Assembly (NCBI GenBank): GCA_964035545.1
Contig: OZ037767.1
Span: 23,390,628 to 23,454,627, forward strand
DNA from: Bugula neritina
Taxonomy: Eukaryota; Animalia; Bryozoa
Reading direction: 5' to 3'
DNA length: 64,000 nt
The notes under the pieces are model-generated. The model saw nothing but the letters and a program-made list of their open reading frames with translations. It ran no database searches and was not told the origin of the DNA. This document shows, piece after piece, positions 52,001 to 64,000 of the stretch. Both the position numbers and the translations under genes were made by a program. Within the stretch, counting starts at the first letter, position 1. The number at the start of each line of letters is the position of its first letter.

Positions 52001-55000
52001 AAAATATTAAATAATGGTCTACAGCAAGCATTATAATTAAACATACAAGTAATTAATACTAGTAACTTGAACAGGCTAAACTGCAGTAAATAGTGAAAAG
52101 TAGGACTTGATATTTAATGGATATTTTCACAAAGCAGTAGAGAATAAGTAGCCCACCGTCCAGTCAACTTTACATGTCTCTATCACTCTGTGTTGAGATC
52201 TCAGATCCACCTCCAAAGTATTACCAGAATCTAACTTTATTTTGTTGTAAATTGCTCTCCTATAAAATGAATATTGGCATAGAAGCAGTAGTAGTAGGAG
52301 AAAGGTTACAGTATATTTAATATAATATATTATGTTGGTAGTATATTTGGTTATTGGAGTTGATATGAATCATTTAGTGGCTGACTAATTTCAATATTTA
52401 GCTGTTTTTAATTATTGTCATGATTGTGCATGCCATGCAAATAAATGTAGTGATTATATATATTTATTAAAACCATAAAAACATCAAAACCATGGAATAC
52501 ATATTTTTGAAAGGTCAGAAAAATTATCAACTGTAGATATAATTTGACTTAAACCAATAATGTTTACACATACTTTTCCTCAACACATTTTGGGTTAATT
52601 AACAGCAAGACTTGAAACATGAAAAACATGAAAACAAATATTATTTCGAGATTTCAAGACTTAATAGTTTTATTCAAGAATATTTTCAGCCAAAAACCTG
52701 ACCTTTTTAAAACAAGGAAACCTGATGCTATATGTTGAACATATTTTAAGTTTCAATAATATATAATATTCTACTAGTTGCAGAATGTTGAAGATAGTAT
52801 GTTTGTTGACTGCAGAGACATAACTTTAGTGTATGTTGAATTCAACTTTGAGTACAGTATTAAAGGAACTACAAAAACTATAAATATTATTAAAATGTTT
52901 TGGAGCCCGACTCTAATTTTCCTTAAGGTCACTTTGCCTGATCATAACAAACCAAACATAATCAGAAGGCAGTGTTTTTAACACAGATGTTGAAAAAATT
53001 TTGACACCTTCAGTACCATGGAATATAGTCTCAATTTATCATTATATCATTTCAAACCTAACTCTAATTTCAGTGAAAAGTCAACAATTGAAAAACCCCA
53101 ACTGCAAACAGATCAAAGCTACACACTTTCAATACATAGCATTGAACAAGCAGGGGTAATATATGTCTACAACAGCTTCCTTTATTCAGCTAAATGTGAG
53201 CTAAGAATGTGACTAAGAATAGAAATATAACATAATTTAGATCTTGAAGGATTGGAATTCTTGGTAAACAAAAAGGCATGACAAGGTACAGATATTTTGA
53301 TTGGCTAACTAAATATAGGTCACAGGCAACATGGGTAAACAGATTGTTCTATAAGCAGCACCAAGTTGGGGGTGACGGAGTGAAATAGTTTCAGATTCTC
53401 TATTTTGGAATTCTAAGTTCCAACCTATACCTCCAACTCCAAACTTGAGAACCCGCAAACTACTACACTCAGTCACCCCCAACTCGGAGCTGCTTATAGA
53501 AGCATTTTGGGTAAACTCTTATGGGTTGGGTACTACACAACACATAATGAATGGAAGAGAAAAGCAGACAGAACCTTCTACCACATGCAAATGAAAACTA
53601 GGCAGCATTCGGAATAACTTTACACATGAATTATAGCTAAAATAGTAATACATGATATACGACAATCCCATCAGCAATAGATTTGGTCTGACCCGTAGAA
53701 CTGCTTGCCACTTTACAAACCGGATAGATATTCCTGGAAATAGTTGTAATAAAAGACATGGGAGCAAAGGCTAGTTCACAAATTCTGAGTGCGTCGTATA
53801 CAGACTAGATCTACACAGATATTGTCCGGGTTAGCACATATAAAAGCTGGGTAAAGGCCATCAGCAACAGCAGCAGTAGCAGCAGCAGCACCAACACCAT
53901 GAGGTTACAATACACAATAGCTAAAGTCAGCTATAAGAAAGAAGACGTGGGCAGAAAAATAAGCTAGAAAGCATGCTAAAAATCGCTAGTGTACATACGA
54001 TTCGTCAGAGAGAGATTTTGCCGAAGCAACAGTAATGTTATCATCGGGTGATGTGGGCTTGCTGTGAACAAGAAGGGCTTCTCTGCAATATCAGTGAACA
54101 GTTAGACACATCTGCAAGTTGCAACCTTCCTACTATCTCTAAACAGTGACCCAAGTGGTAGAATTATCAGGAACAATCGCTTATAGCAGGCATGTTCATA
54201 GCCTAGCAAACAATATATACTAGAATTATCCTTTTTCTTTGTTGCACTAGACATGGTTTGATCACCTGCTATTGCTCTAATCGAAAGTCAAATAATATAT
54301 AGAATGAAACAAATGTTCAGGCTACATCCTGTTGTTGAAATGGAAATGAAGCAAATAACTTGAGTTCAATCATATTGAAAAATAATCTGTTTGCCCAGAG
54401 CCTTGCAATTCAAATTTTTAGAATTCAATCTCTGGATTTTAATGGGACGTACCATGGTTAGGCTTAACTTTACCTTTTATAGAGGCAATACTAACTATCA
54501 CACCTTGGCTTACCTACTGTAGTTACACACACAGTTCCTATATAATTACAACTTCAAAATATCAAGTAATTATATAGAAATTGTCTTCCTTTTAGAAACT
54601 GAATGAAAATTGCAATGAAAATGGTTCAATACAATAAAAACCTTGCCAAATACACTGCTAGCCAAAACTTAACCAAACAGATAAACTATCGAAGTAAGTT
54701 TTTGGAGAGGTCAACAATGAAAACTGTATCTTAGTTGGAGAATAGCAGTAAAAAAAATTGAATAACACATCGGAATTGTTTTTTATTGAATATGCTACCA
54801 CATACACAATGTTATACCTGAATTTTGAAAGCCATTAAAGCTAAATTGCATTGGGAAGATAACTTTTTGTGTGCATTTGTATAGGCACCGTTGAAAAATG
54901 CTTATAAATAAACCTAAATTTTTCTTATAAACATATTACATATAAATTTTGTCTTGACCATAGAAATAAAATATTACAGGGAGAATAGGCTGGTAATTTT

Positions 55001-58000
55001 GAAAAAAGTAGGGTGTACATTTTAATGCTTCAATTGGTAGGTACTGCTGCAAGTGGAAAGAAAGGTAGAAAATATACAAGTTTTTTCAAGTGTTCAAGTG
55101 AGCTAGCAACCATAATTATATGCACATACTTTTGAGAAATACACGTATTACCCAACACATCGCCTATTTAGATTTATAAATTTGAGAATAATACTAATTA
55201 TATATCTTTTTTTAACCTGTAAACCACAAACAGCATATCAAAACCAAATCTTTCAAAAATAAAACCACACTTGAAATAACTAAATAAAATAACTTCTTAG
55301 TGGGTGAGCTGACAACTCCAAACAACTGATTTCGAAACAAAATTGATAGCAAAAGTAGAATTTGATGACAAATAGACATTTTTCATCAAAAAGAGAATCA
55401 AGTAAAACTCCGATCTGACCGAAACCGCCACTTTGACCAGCTGAATAAAAGAAATAAAAGCTCTATAACAGCAGCTCACAGCAGAAATAGACAAACAGAC
55501 AGACAACAAACTCGCCACACAAAGCGCCTGCTAGAGTCTAGAGAACATTTGGTGGGCAAGCTCAGACACAGTGTATATGCTACTAGTTACACGTCACAGT
55601 CTAGTCATATGATAGAGTCACATAGCAAAGTATTCACATGACACAGTAGTCACATGACACAGTAGAGTCACATGATACTGTAGAGTCACATGACGCAGTA
55701 GAGTCACATGACACAGTAGAGTCACATGACACAGTAGTCACATGATACAGCAGATTCACTAATCAAGAATCACTACCGTAGGGCAGACAACTTCGTCAAA
55801 TTATGACAAACTCACTCGGAGTCGGCAAATTTTGAGAATGAGTGACATTTTTGAAGTCCATACATCAGCACGTCATCAAAAGATATTCTGCGACGTGACA
55901 TTCTTTGAGCAACAGCTCCTTTCGGCTTGTCGATTGTATCAGAGGTGGGAACATGTAAAGTAACAGCATTTGTGTAAAGATTGCACTTGTTTTGATGCTG
56001 TTGTTGAAACATCTTATCAACTTTAGAGCGCCTTGTACCAGTATCGCCTTGTAGCAGTGGAGAGCATATTGCGTTAGTGTCACCTTGTAGCAGTAGAGAG
56101 CACCTTGTAGAAGTGTCACCTTGTGGCAGTGGAGAGCATCTTGTAGAAGTGTCACCTTGTGGCAGTGGAGAGCACCTTGTAGAAATGTCCCCTTGTAGCA
56201 GTGAAGAGCACTTTGTGGAAGTGTCACCTTGTGGCAGTGGAGAGCACCTTGTAGAAGTGTCACCTGAATCAGATTCGTCAGTGTAGTTTGAGGAGACAGA
56301 ATAACTTTGCTGTGAGCTGGTAGGTACTAGCGTCTCTGCAGTTGATGGGAGATAGTCAGCTTCACTTTCGCTCTCACCAGATATTTGTGAATAAGTAAAA
56401 ACCAAATCTTTAGGTGGAGTTAATTTGTTGAATAACTTTTCTTGAGATGACGATTGTCTAGGCATGGTCTCTAATGACGTCTTTTCATTAACCAAGCTGG
56501 AATGGCTTGAAATATTATCTAAAAACATTTAATTAAAATATCCAACATTATAAAGCAGAACGTACAAGAGATATCAAGAGTTAAATGGCCAACAGTAGAA
56601 AAGCAAATTTCAGTAAGAAGAAAATGCTTTTCTTACCCCCTTCAGCAGAGAATAAAACCAGATCAGCGTGAGAGCCTACATTGTCATTAATATTGAAAGT
56701 AAATCTATTTTTAGAAGAATAACTAATTGTGTTTTCAGAGTCAAGTGCCAGGTCAAAACTTTCTTCGTCACTATTAAAGCTCTCAATACTGCTAGAAGTA
56801 TCTGAATCATAAGCAGCCGTTTCTTCCTCAGCCAATCTCGCCTTCTGCTCCGCCATTAGGATGCAATGTAAACAACTTGAAGATGCTGCTTAAAACAAAA
56901 ACATACAATTTTGTTGGCAAGTAACTTGCAAAATTATCAGTGTGATGCAAAATTAATAAACATCATTTTTATTTAAATACCGTCAACCGCTGCAAAAAAT
57001 TCATAAAGTGAAAATTTCCATTTGCTAACAAACCAGCATAACTTACTTTTACCTATAGTATAGAGTGTGGGTGTAGTAGGTGGTGTCGAGTGTTCAGTAT
57101 TGAAGGTAGACAGATCTGAATCGGATGAAGCTGCAATACTGGTCACACTGGCATTAGACAAGGAGTATGATGTTAGTTTGGCCAGCAGCTTTCTCCTAGC
57201 ACCAGCCAATAGACCGTGACCAGTCATATCTAGAGATCTAGAACGTTCCTGTCTTCGAACTGGCACTTCCAGAAGGGACAGCTACAGTATAGACCAGAAT
57301 GCATGACAGAGAAGTACAACAGACTCACTCAAAGCTGGCTCTCAATTAGTCTTAACCAGTCCCTTAAACTACTCTGCATGAAAATCAGTTGCAGTTGTAA
57401 AATCTCAGATCCAGGAGTCTTAAGTTGCTAAAGCTTTGCTAATTCTATCTTACATTTTAATATGAATAAAATGATTTAGCCCACCTGCGCCCCACTATAT
57501 TCCGATTTCCTGCCCTTCACAATAAAATTTAGTTCCCCTGTCCCCTCATCTGCCCTAATTGGTAACTAGTATTGAAGTCAAGGCCTTTACTCAACAGTTA
57601 ATAATATCTCGTCGCTGCAGATATAATGTATATACAAATGCAGTCCAAACAAAACTCAATTATCAATACTTTTTGTAATCAACAATAATTAGCTTTTAAA
57701 GTAGATCTGAACGTTGTATTGACTGTGTAATAGTTAAGTATAACAGTATAGCAGGATAACGTTATAGTGATATTTACAACCTTAGCATGTTCAATGCATA
57801 TATTAACTGTTTTAAATATATCACAGAACATGGGCGGTATTGCTTTCAAATAATTGAAAAAGAAACTCAAATTTAGTTTTGGTGCTCACATTGCCATAGT
57901 GTTTCTCTTAACGATATCAATTATGTCCTCACAACACATTCATAAGTGAATAACTTGAAATCAGTAATGTACCTGAGTCTATGATATTAGTAAAAAGAGC

Positions 58001-61000
58001 TTTTCAATGTCTTACCAGAAACAAAACAACTTTAGGAAATCGTAATTTGTTACAGTGCAGATGTGCAATAAACTCTGAAGGTCAATTATCACTTCTAGAA
58101 CTCAAGTCAAACTTAAAAGATTGGAATAATTCAAGTCTATAACAGAGATTTGGCTGATAAATACCGTCTTTCATATCACTTTACAGACTTTTTGCCATCC
58201 CAAAAAGATTTTCTAGGGCTAACTAGAATAAACGAAATATAAACGTGCTGAAAAACAATAATTGATATTTTAAGAAACTACAAGAACCTGCAATGGTATT
58301 AAACTAGCTAACTATATTAAAAATATAGAGCCACAGACTTCTAATGCATAGCCTTGGTATTGCATAATAGTTACTGTAGATTGTCAAAGTAATATGTTAA
58401 TGTCAATAACTCAACTATATTGCATCATAATCGCACATCATAGGACACCAACAGTGAAATAATCAATATAACATATAGCTGTGGCAATGACAGAGCTAGA
58501 AACAAGAACAAAACTTCTAAGGAAATGCTCAGCATAAAATAACCTGAGTAGGACTAGACATCAGTGCAATAGGCTATTGAGTACTGAGTTCAGTAGCCCA
58601 ACAATCACGGCTAAACGTAATGAGAAAGTTTACCAAGTTATTGACATGCAAAAAAAATCTATAAACAAAATAGAGGGTGTTTTTATAACTAAAGATGACA
58701 TCATAATTCAAAATTTTTTGTGTGCAGGTTATTTCAAACTTGTTAAAACATTTGTCTAAGCTGATTTGTATGACAAGCAACTAACAAAGTGTTTCAATTA
58801 AAACCCATGTAATAATTGAAACTCTCTAGTATCAGAAATCAAAGTAGTTGAATTTTTAGTAATCCTGCTGAATGTAATTGCTTGTGTCATATGTACAAAC
58901 TTTCTCCATAAGTTTACAGTAAAGCTTGCGTAGAAGTGAAAAGTTCCACTCCGAGGTTTTGCAGTCTGATTAGTGAACATAATACAGTTACTGCATGAAT
59001 AGTTCGCAGAACAAAAAAAGCTCAGCAGCAGTTTTGCTATTAGATTAATAGAGGTGGAAGTTGCCATTTTGGAGTAACTCACTAAATATGCATGTGCATG
59101 GACTAAACCTGAATAGCACTGACTTTAGAAAACTCGCTGACTCTGCATTATTTTGGTAAAAAGTAGACATTTAATACTATATGATAGTTTCATTTTACCA
59201 TAGAAAATGATTCAAAGCATTTATGCCAAGTAGGTTGGCTATCGCAGGTTTTGCTAATTTTAATTCAACAAATCAAGAAACTTAAAAATCCAAATTTTTG
59301 CAAGAAAAGTCTTAGTTTTTCAGTACCAGGAGTTTGTATTTTAGAAATCACAAGGAGTAACTCTCAAATATGTTTTTAAATGTTGGAAAATTATTTGCTA
59401 AAAATCTCACTGTGCTCTTAAAACATGTACAGCTGTTATTATATATTTTTCTAGAAGTGATGCTTACATGGTGAGAGCAAGTTGATGTTTGCAGCAGTTT
59501 TAATATACTTAATTTAATTTTGCTAGGAATGTCTATAGAGATTGCCTGGTATTTCTAGGTTACACAGAGGAATCAAATGCTAAAGAAATTGACCTTGGCT
59601 GTATAAATTCAAGATAGCACCTTTATAACTTGAATACTAACACTATATTATTAGTATCAAAATTTTACAACTGTAGCAGTAAAAAATTAAATTAAAATGC
59701 ATTTTATATACAACCCATCCCTGTAGACTTCTTGTACAAAAAGAAGAAAATAAAAACCCTTTCCATCTACTAATAAGTACTACAGTATTACATAATGGAG
59801 ACTTTTAATCATGCATGTATATTGAGAGAAAGTGGTGTTGAAAACTGCATTAAGTGAGGCAGTTTACAAATATGCCAGCTGGTCTAAACATTGCAATCTA
59901 AACAATGCAACATTGCAAAATATAGGAGGCCTATATGAACCAAAATGGTGCCTGAGTATGCAGTTTTCTATATTTAGTGAAAGAGTGACAGCATGTGGGA
60001 CGTGCATATAGGTTTATTGCCAATAAACATCTTCAAAACTGAAGCAGGCAGGCAAAGTAGTATTGGTAGCTTGTTTAATTAACACAACTGTAGACTGTAG
60101 AGCAATGTCTATTTTTAAATGACAAAAGTGGTAGGTGATATTGAAACGATTATATAATTATTCTTAAGTTTTAATGTGGTTTTTACAAGCAGTGACATCA
60201 ATCTTATGAAAGTTCTACTCAGTGCCTGTACCTGTACCAAGCAGCGGAAAGTGACCAGAGCAGCCCACTGTGTTACCTGTACATTTTGTAAAGGTATATG
60301 TACACTTAATAAAGGTAGATTTTGTAAAGGTATATGTACACTTTATAAAGGTAGATTTTGTAAAGGTATATGTACACTTTATAAAGGTAGATTTTGTAAA
60401 GGTATATGTACACTTTATAAAGGCAGATTCTTTAAAAGTATATGTACATTTTATAAAGGTAGATTTTGTAAAAGTACATCTTGTAAAGGTATAGCCTATA
60501 TGTATATTTTTTAGAGGTACGTGTACAATTTGTAAAGGCATATATGCACTTTTTAAAGGCATATATGTAAACTTTGTAAAGGTACAAGTACACTCTATAT
60601 ATGTTATCTATTTACAATACAGCACTATACACTATATCTATACCCTATACCACTATACACTATATCTATACACTATACCACTATACCACTATACACTACA
60701 TCTATACACTATACCACTATACCACTATACACTACATCTATACACTATACCACTATACACTACATCTATACACTATACCACTATACACAATATCTATACA
60801 CTATACCACTATACACTACATCTATACCCTATACCACTATATACTATATCTATACATACTATACTACTATACACTATATCTATACACTATACTACTATAC
60901 GCAATATAAATGCATATACCAGACTTACAGGCTTCTTATGGTGAAAACCCGTCTCATTCTGAGCAGAAGATTCGGGACAGTTCTCTATGGCAGGCATGCT

Positions 61001-61042
61001 GGGAGATCGAGACCTGGACAGAAGTTTGCTGAGGAGAGGCAT
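40059..61042 (-). CDS. DGKZ: Type IV diacylglycerol kinase (DGK zeta/iota; rdgA-like), about 25 exons
   Basis: Two C1 domains (HLWCD...CSAC..VHLAC; HHWIH...CKAC...CSWC..AYH), MARCKS-like basic tract ([10 protein letters not shown]), [73 protein letters not shown], ankyrin repeats and PDZ-binding C-terminus STDV*. Start inferred at [15 protein letters not shown] (61042). Confidence 0.95.
43505..43590. repeat. 12-bp intronic minisatellite
   Basis: ATTACCTGCATC/ACT-like units. Confidence 0.85.
51051..51156 (+). repeat. G/A-rich homopurine tract (G-quadruplex/triplex-prone) in a DGK intron
   Basis: Multiple G3-G7 runs separated by A. Confidence 0.75.
51430..51552. repeat. 21-bp minisatellite, about 6 copies
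   Basis: GACAAGCACCTAACTTGAGAT units. Confidence 0.92.
53347..53501. mobile_element. MITE-like long imperfect palindrome (~55-bp arms)
   Basis: TTCTATAAGCAGCACCAAGTTGGGGGTGACGGAGTG... versus ...CACTCAGTCACCCCCAACTCGGAGCTGCTTATAGAA. Confidence 0.75.
55612..55752. repeat. 16-18-bp minisatellite
   Basis: GACACAGTAGAGTCACAT units. Confidence 0.88.
56030..56265 (-). repeat. Coding 36-bp tandem repeat ([12 protein letters not shown] x~6) in the DGK N-terminal exon
   Basis: Seen in ORF 55812-56528. Confidence 0.9.
60280..60590. repeat. 36-bp minisatellite
   Basis: TTTTGTAAAGGTATATGTACACTTTATAAAGGTAGA units. Confidence 0.92.
60620..60900. repeat. TATACAC/TATACCA-based minisatellite
   Basis: Compound 7-mer units such as ctatacactataccactataccactatacactacatc. 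Confidence 0.9.
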
Positions 61043-62901
61043 ATCTGCATACAGAAGCTGTGATTCTGCCTTCACCTACAAGATGTGGTCCTGCTAATGA
61101 TTGTCAAGCTATTATACCTATCAACTGTATATTGCAATTATAATTATAGTTTATAGCTTTTATTACGTCAATTCATCTACTGAAGAATATTGATATAAGT
61201 GTGAATGCAGTAGCTAATGCTTCGGGCAATGGAGTTTGAGTCAAAAATAACCTCAACACATTAGCAAGTTGACTGGGCACCTTATATGTACACTGCTACA
61301 GTGTCAACATTCTATGTACGTCTGTGTTAAGAGAGGAAAATTTTTAATGCAGTTCAAATATTCATTTAAACACCTCATTGAAATATGATGTACATATATC
61401 TAGATTAAATTTAAGCAAAAACACTCTACGAAATCATATAATATCTGCAACACACTATTTAAAAGTTCTAATTCACTACAAATTTTGGAGGCCGAGCCTA
61501 AGTTATTTGAACAAAAAAGAGCGTAGTTTTGGTTTTACAATTGCTCACTGTCATTTTATGGATTTGTCAAATGGCATTGTGACAGAGAAGTTAAGTAACC
61601 CCAGAACTTTATTGCAACGCTGGAATTGAAGATAGTGGTGCAGCCAGTGTCTTTTTGACTACCCAACTGTAGAACTCTAGCATTAGTCTAATGGAAGTAG
61701 GTAGATCTCTTTCAGAAAAAGGAACATAAAAACTCAAGTTCACACCCTCCTTTTAAGAAAGGAAATGTACTAAAATTACATTTAGGAGCATTTCATAACT
61801 ATTATCATTTTGAGAGGTAGTGGGAAGGCTTGAAAGTAATATATTTGTAAACTTCAACCTAGGATTTCTTTAAAAATCAGGGCAGTATTTGATATTTACT
61901 ATGCATCATTAAAAAATTGTGAAAGATAAATTATACTGATTGGCTAAGAAGAAAAAGGTAAAAGTTCACTGATGATTCATAAGGGTGAGGACAGAAATTA
62001 ATGCTGATAAGAAATTTACTATTACAATGAACTCAAAACATTAGCACCTGTGAACAGAACAAATTATAATGATACTACTAAAACGTTACTTATTTGATGG
62101 ATAACCATTAACACTATTCACTTCACACTACTCAACAACATAACCTTACAGAGCCAAATTAAACTAACTAGCTGTAGTAAACTGTATATGTGAAAACCAT
62201 TCAAATTCATCTCACCTAATCAGCATCACTCTTCAGAAATTCTAGTAAAGACTACTCAGTATACAGCACTATAATATAGTCTATACCTTACAACTATAAT
62301 AATAAGCTAAGGCAGCAGCTGAGGCAGAACGTGCTGTCAGCAGCCACTAGCATTAAACTGTACCTGTAGTTAAGCCTACCTAAGCTAAATTTACTATCAG
62401 CTCAAGATCTATGCTACAGTTTGCCTAAAAATGTTAACCTTTATAGTTTACAAAACACAAGGGAGTGTATTTATTCTCTAGCTAATAGTCTTGATGAGAA
62501 TACTCAACCAGTGCATTAAAATAGTGGCAGATCTTTCAAGTGTAAACAAAGTAATTTCTAAAAATATAATAGGAGGGTTTGAATAAGAAATAGAGAAGTT
62601 GCCGTTTACTACACTGTAGTAATACATCAATATTTTAAAGACTATATTAATAGTTAATTTAATGAATAACGGCGTATAATATAATTCATACATGTATAAT
62701 TTTTACTTTTAATTCTCTGGTTTATTCTAGGCTTACTCGTTCATTCAAGTATAAACATAAGTATGACTCAAGTATAAACACAAGTACCACTCAAGTATAA
62801 ACACACCACAACCTTTTGTATATTTTATTGAATAGATCAGCAAGATGAAAACTGTGTAGAGATTGGAAAGGTGACAGCTACCTATGTCTATGCCTTTAGA
62901 G

Positions 62902-62925
62902 CAGGGGTGTCCAACCTTTTCAGAG
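62902..62925 (+). mobile_element. Single hAT-type terminal inverted repeat remnant
   Basis: CAGGGGTGTCCAACCTTT is typical of hAT termini. No partner end was found. Confidence 0.4.
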
Positions 62926-64000
62926 CCACTGAAACGAAATATTCTGTAAAATTCTGGCCAATCTGTAAAATTTAGCTAGAGCTGGAGGCCACGGCATCTG
63001 TATTTTTCAAATTACTTTTTTCCGACTTCCTATGAATCTTTACAGAATGAAGTCCCAATAACTACTGCCTGCTGCATGTATTGCTGCATGTATATAAATA
63101 AGGCATTGAAAAGGTGGTTTTTAACCTCTAATTCATGTGTGCAAAATAGTTGTATTTGCTATGCCTTTGAAGGCCACATAAAATTAGGCTGAAGTTTGTA
63201 TTCAAAAATGCTGTTTTCATGTAAAATTAATTTTAGGTTACACATTTGAAGCTGGAGGATAAATTTTGGCTGCTTTGCTCAGTGCTTGGATGAGCTTCTT
63301 TGCTGCAGTTATTAGTTCTTAAACATGGAGTTGGCCAAAACAAAAGTGGGTTCCAAAACAAACCAGATTGATAATCTGATGCTTAAAGATATTTTGTGTG
63401 GTTCACAAAATAGGATGTTAAGTTGATGCCACATTATCAGTATATTTATAGGAGTTATCTCACCACATAAAGTGTGACATTGTTTTTAGGAATTGTCTTA
63501 CATTTTAACATCTTTCAATTTTAGTCCATTGGAAAAAGTTTTGATCAAGAAGCATAACCTCATTGACGACTATTACATCTGAATAAATTAAAATTATTTT
63601 GTCTGTATGTACATGATGTCGAAAGCTTTAAAAATTATTTTTTCTGTTTTTGTAGAGGAAAACCAAGCTAAAGTCTAACAAAACCAGCTCCCATTGTTGA
63701 GAATTTTAAAAAATTACTCCAGCACTTTAATCTGACATAGATGTTAGTAAAATTTCAAACCTTAAAACAAGTTCTTGCGATCAACATGTTTGGCGTGGCT
63801 CTTGTACATACAACCCATTGGTAGACTAGATATAACTGAAGTCACAACTTTTATTAGTCCTTATATTTAGTCCTTTTCCCAGCTGCTATCTCATAGCTCA
63901 TAGGCAGTAATTACATCAAACCTAAAACAAACATTATGATTTACAATCATCTAGATACTTTTATTAACTAAAGATTAGGCTTAGAAGCAAAATGTCTAAG

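Noticed and set aside
51430-60900. Regular 21- and 36-bp repeats as CRISPR-like arrays
   Set aside because: The units are head-to-tail without unique spacers, the context is eukaryotic introns, and no cas genes are present.

Overview
AT-rich, intron-containing eukaryotic DNA, most likely from an invertebrate animal (the species cannot be determined from the sequence). It contains: (1) a near-intact, young Ty3/Gypsy LTR retrotransposon (1076-8568, minus strand) with 305-bp LTRs differing at 2 positions, a tRNA-Leu PBS, gag, a -1 frameshift signal, pol (PR-RT-RH-IN, broken by a 1-nt deletion) and an unusual third, non-env ORF. That ORF appears to be spliced and encodes tandem zinc fingers, an SPRRR-like basic tract and a coiled coil. 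(2) A 12-exon RING/coiled-coil gene with four HERC2/KEG-like SH3-type repeats and a predicted C-terminal CaaX box. (3) A ~1000-aa basic low-complexity orphan gene, head-to-head with a small, probably myristoylated orphan gene. (4) A secreted cationic 4-Cys defensin-like peptide gene. (5) A decayed RTE LINE followed by a stray SYF2 exon. (6) A small tail-anchored membrane protein gene. (7) A complete type IV diacylglycerol kinase gene (DGK zeta/iota, rdgA-like) over 40-61 kb. A solo LTR, tRNA-derived SINEs, a MITE and many minisatellites are also present. All exon models were built by eye from splice consensus and reading-frame continuity; no database searches were run.
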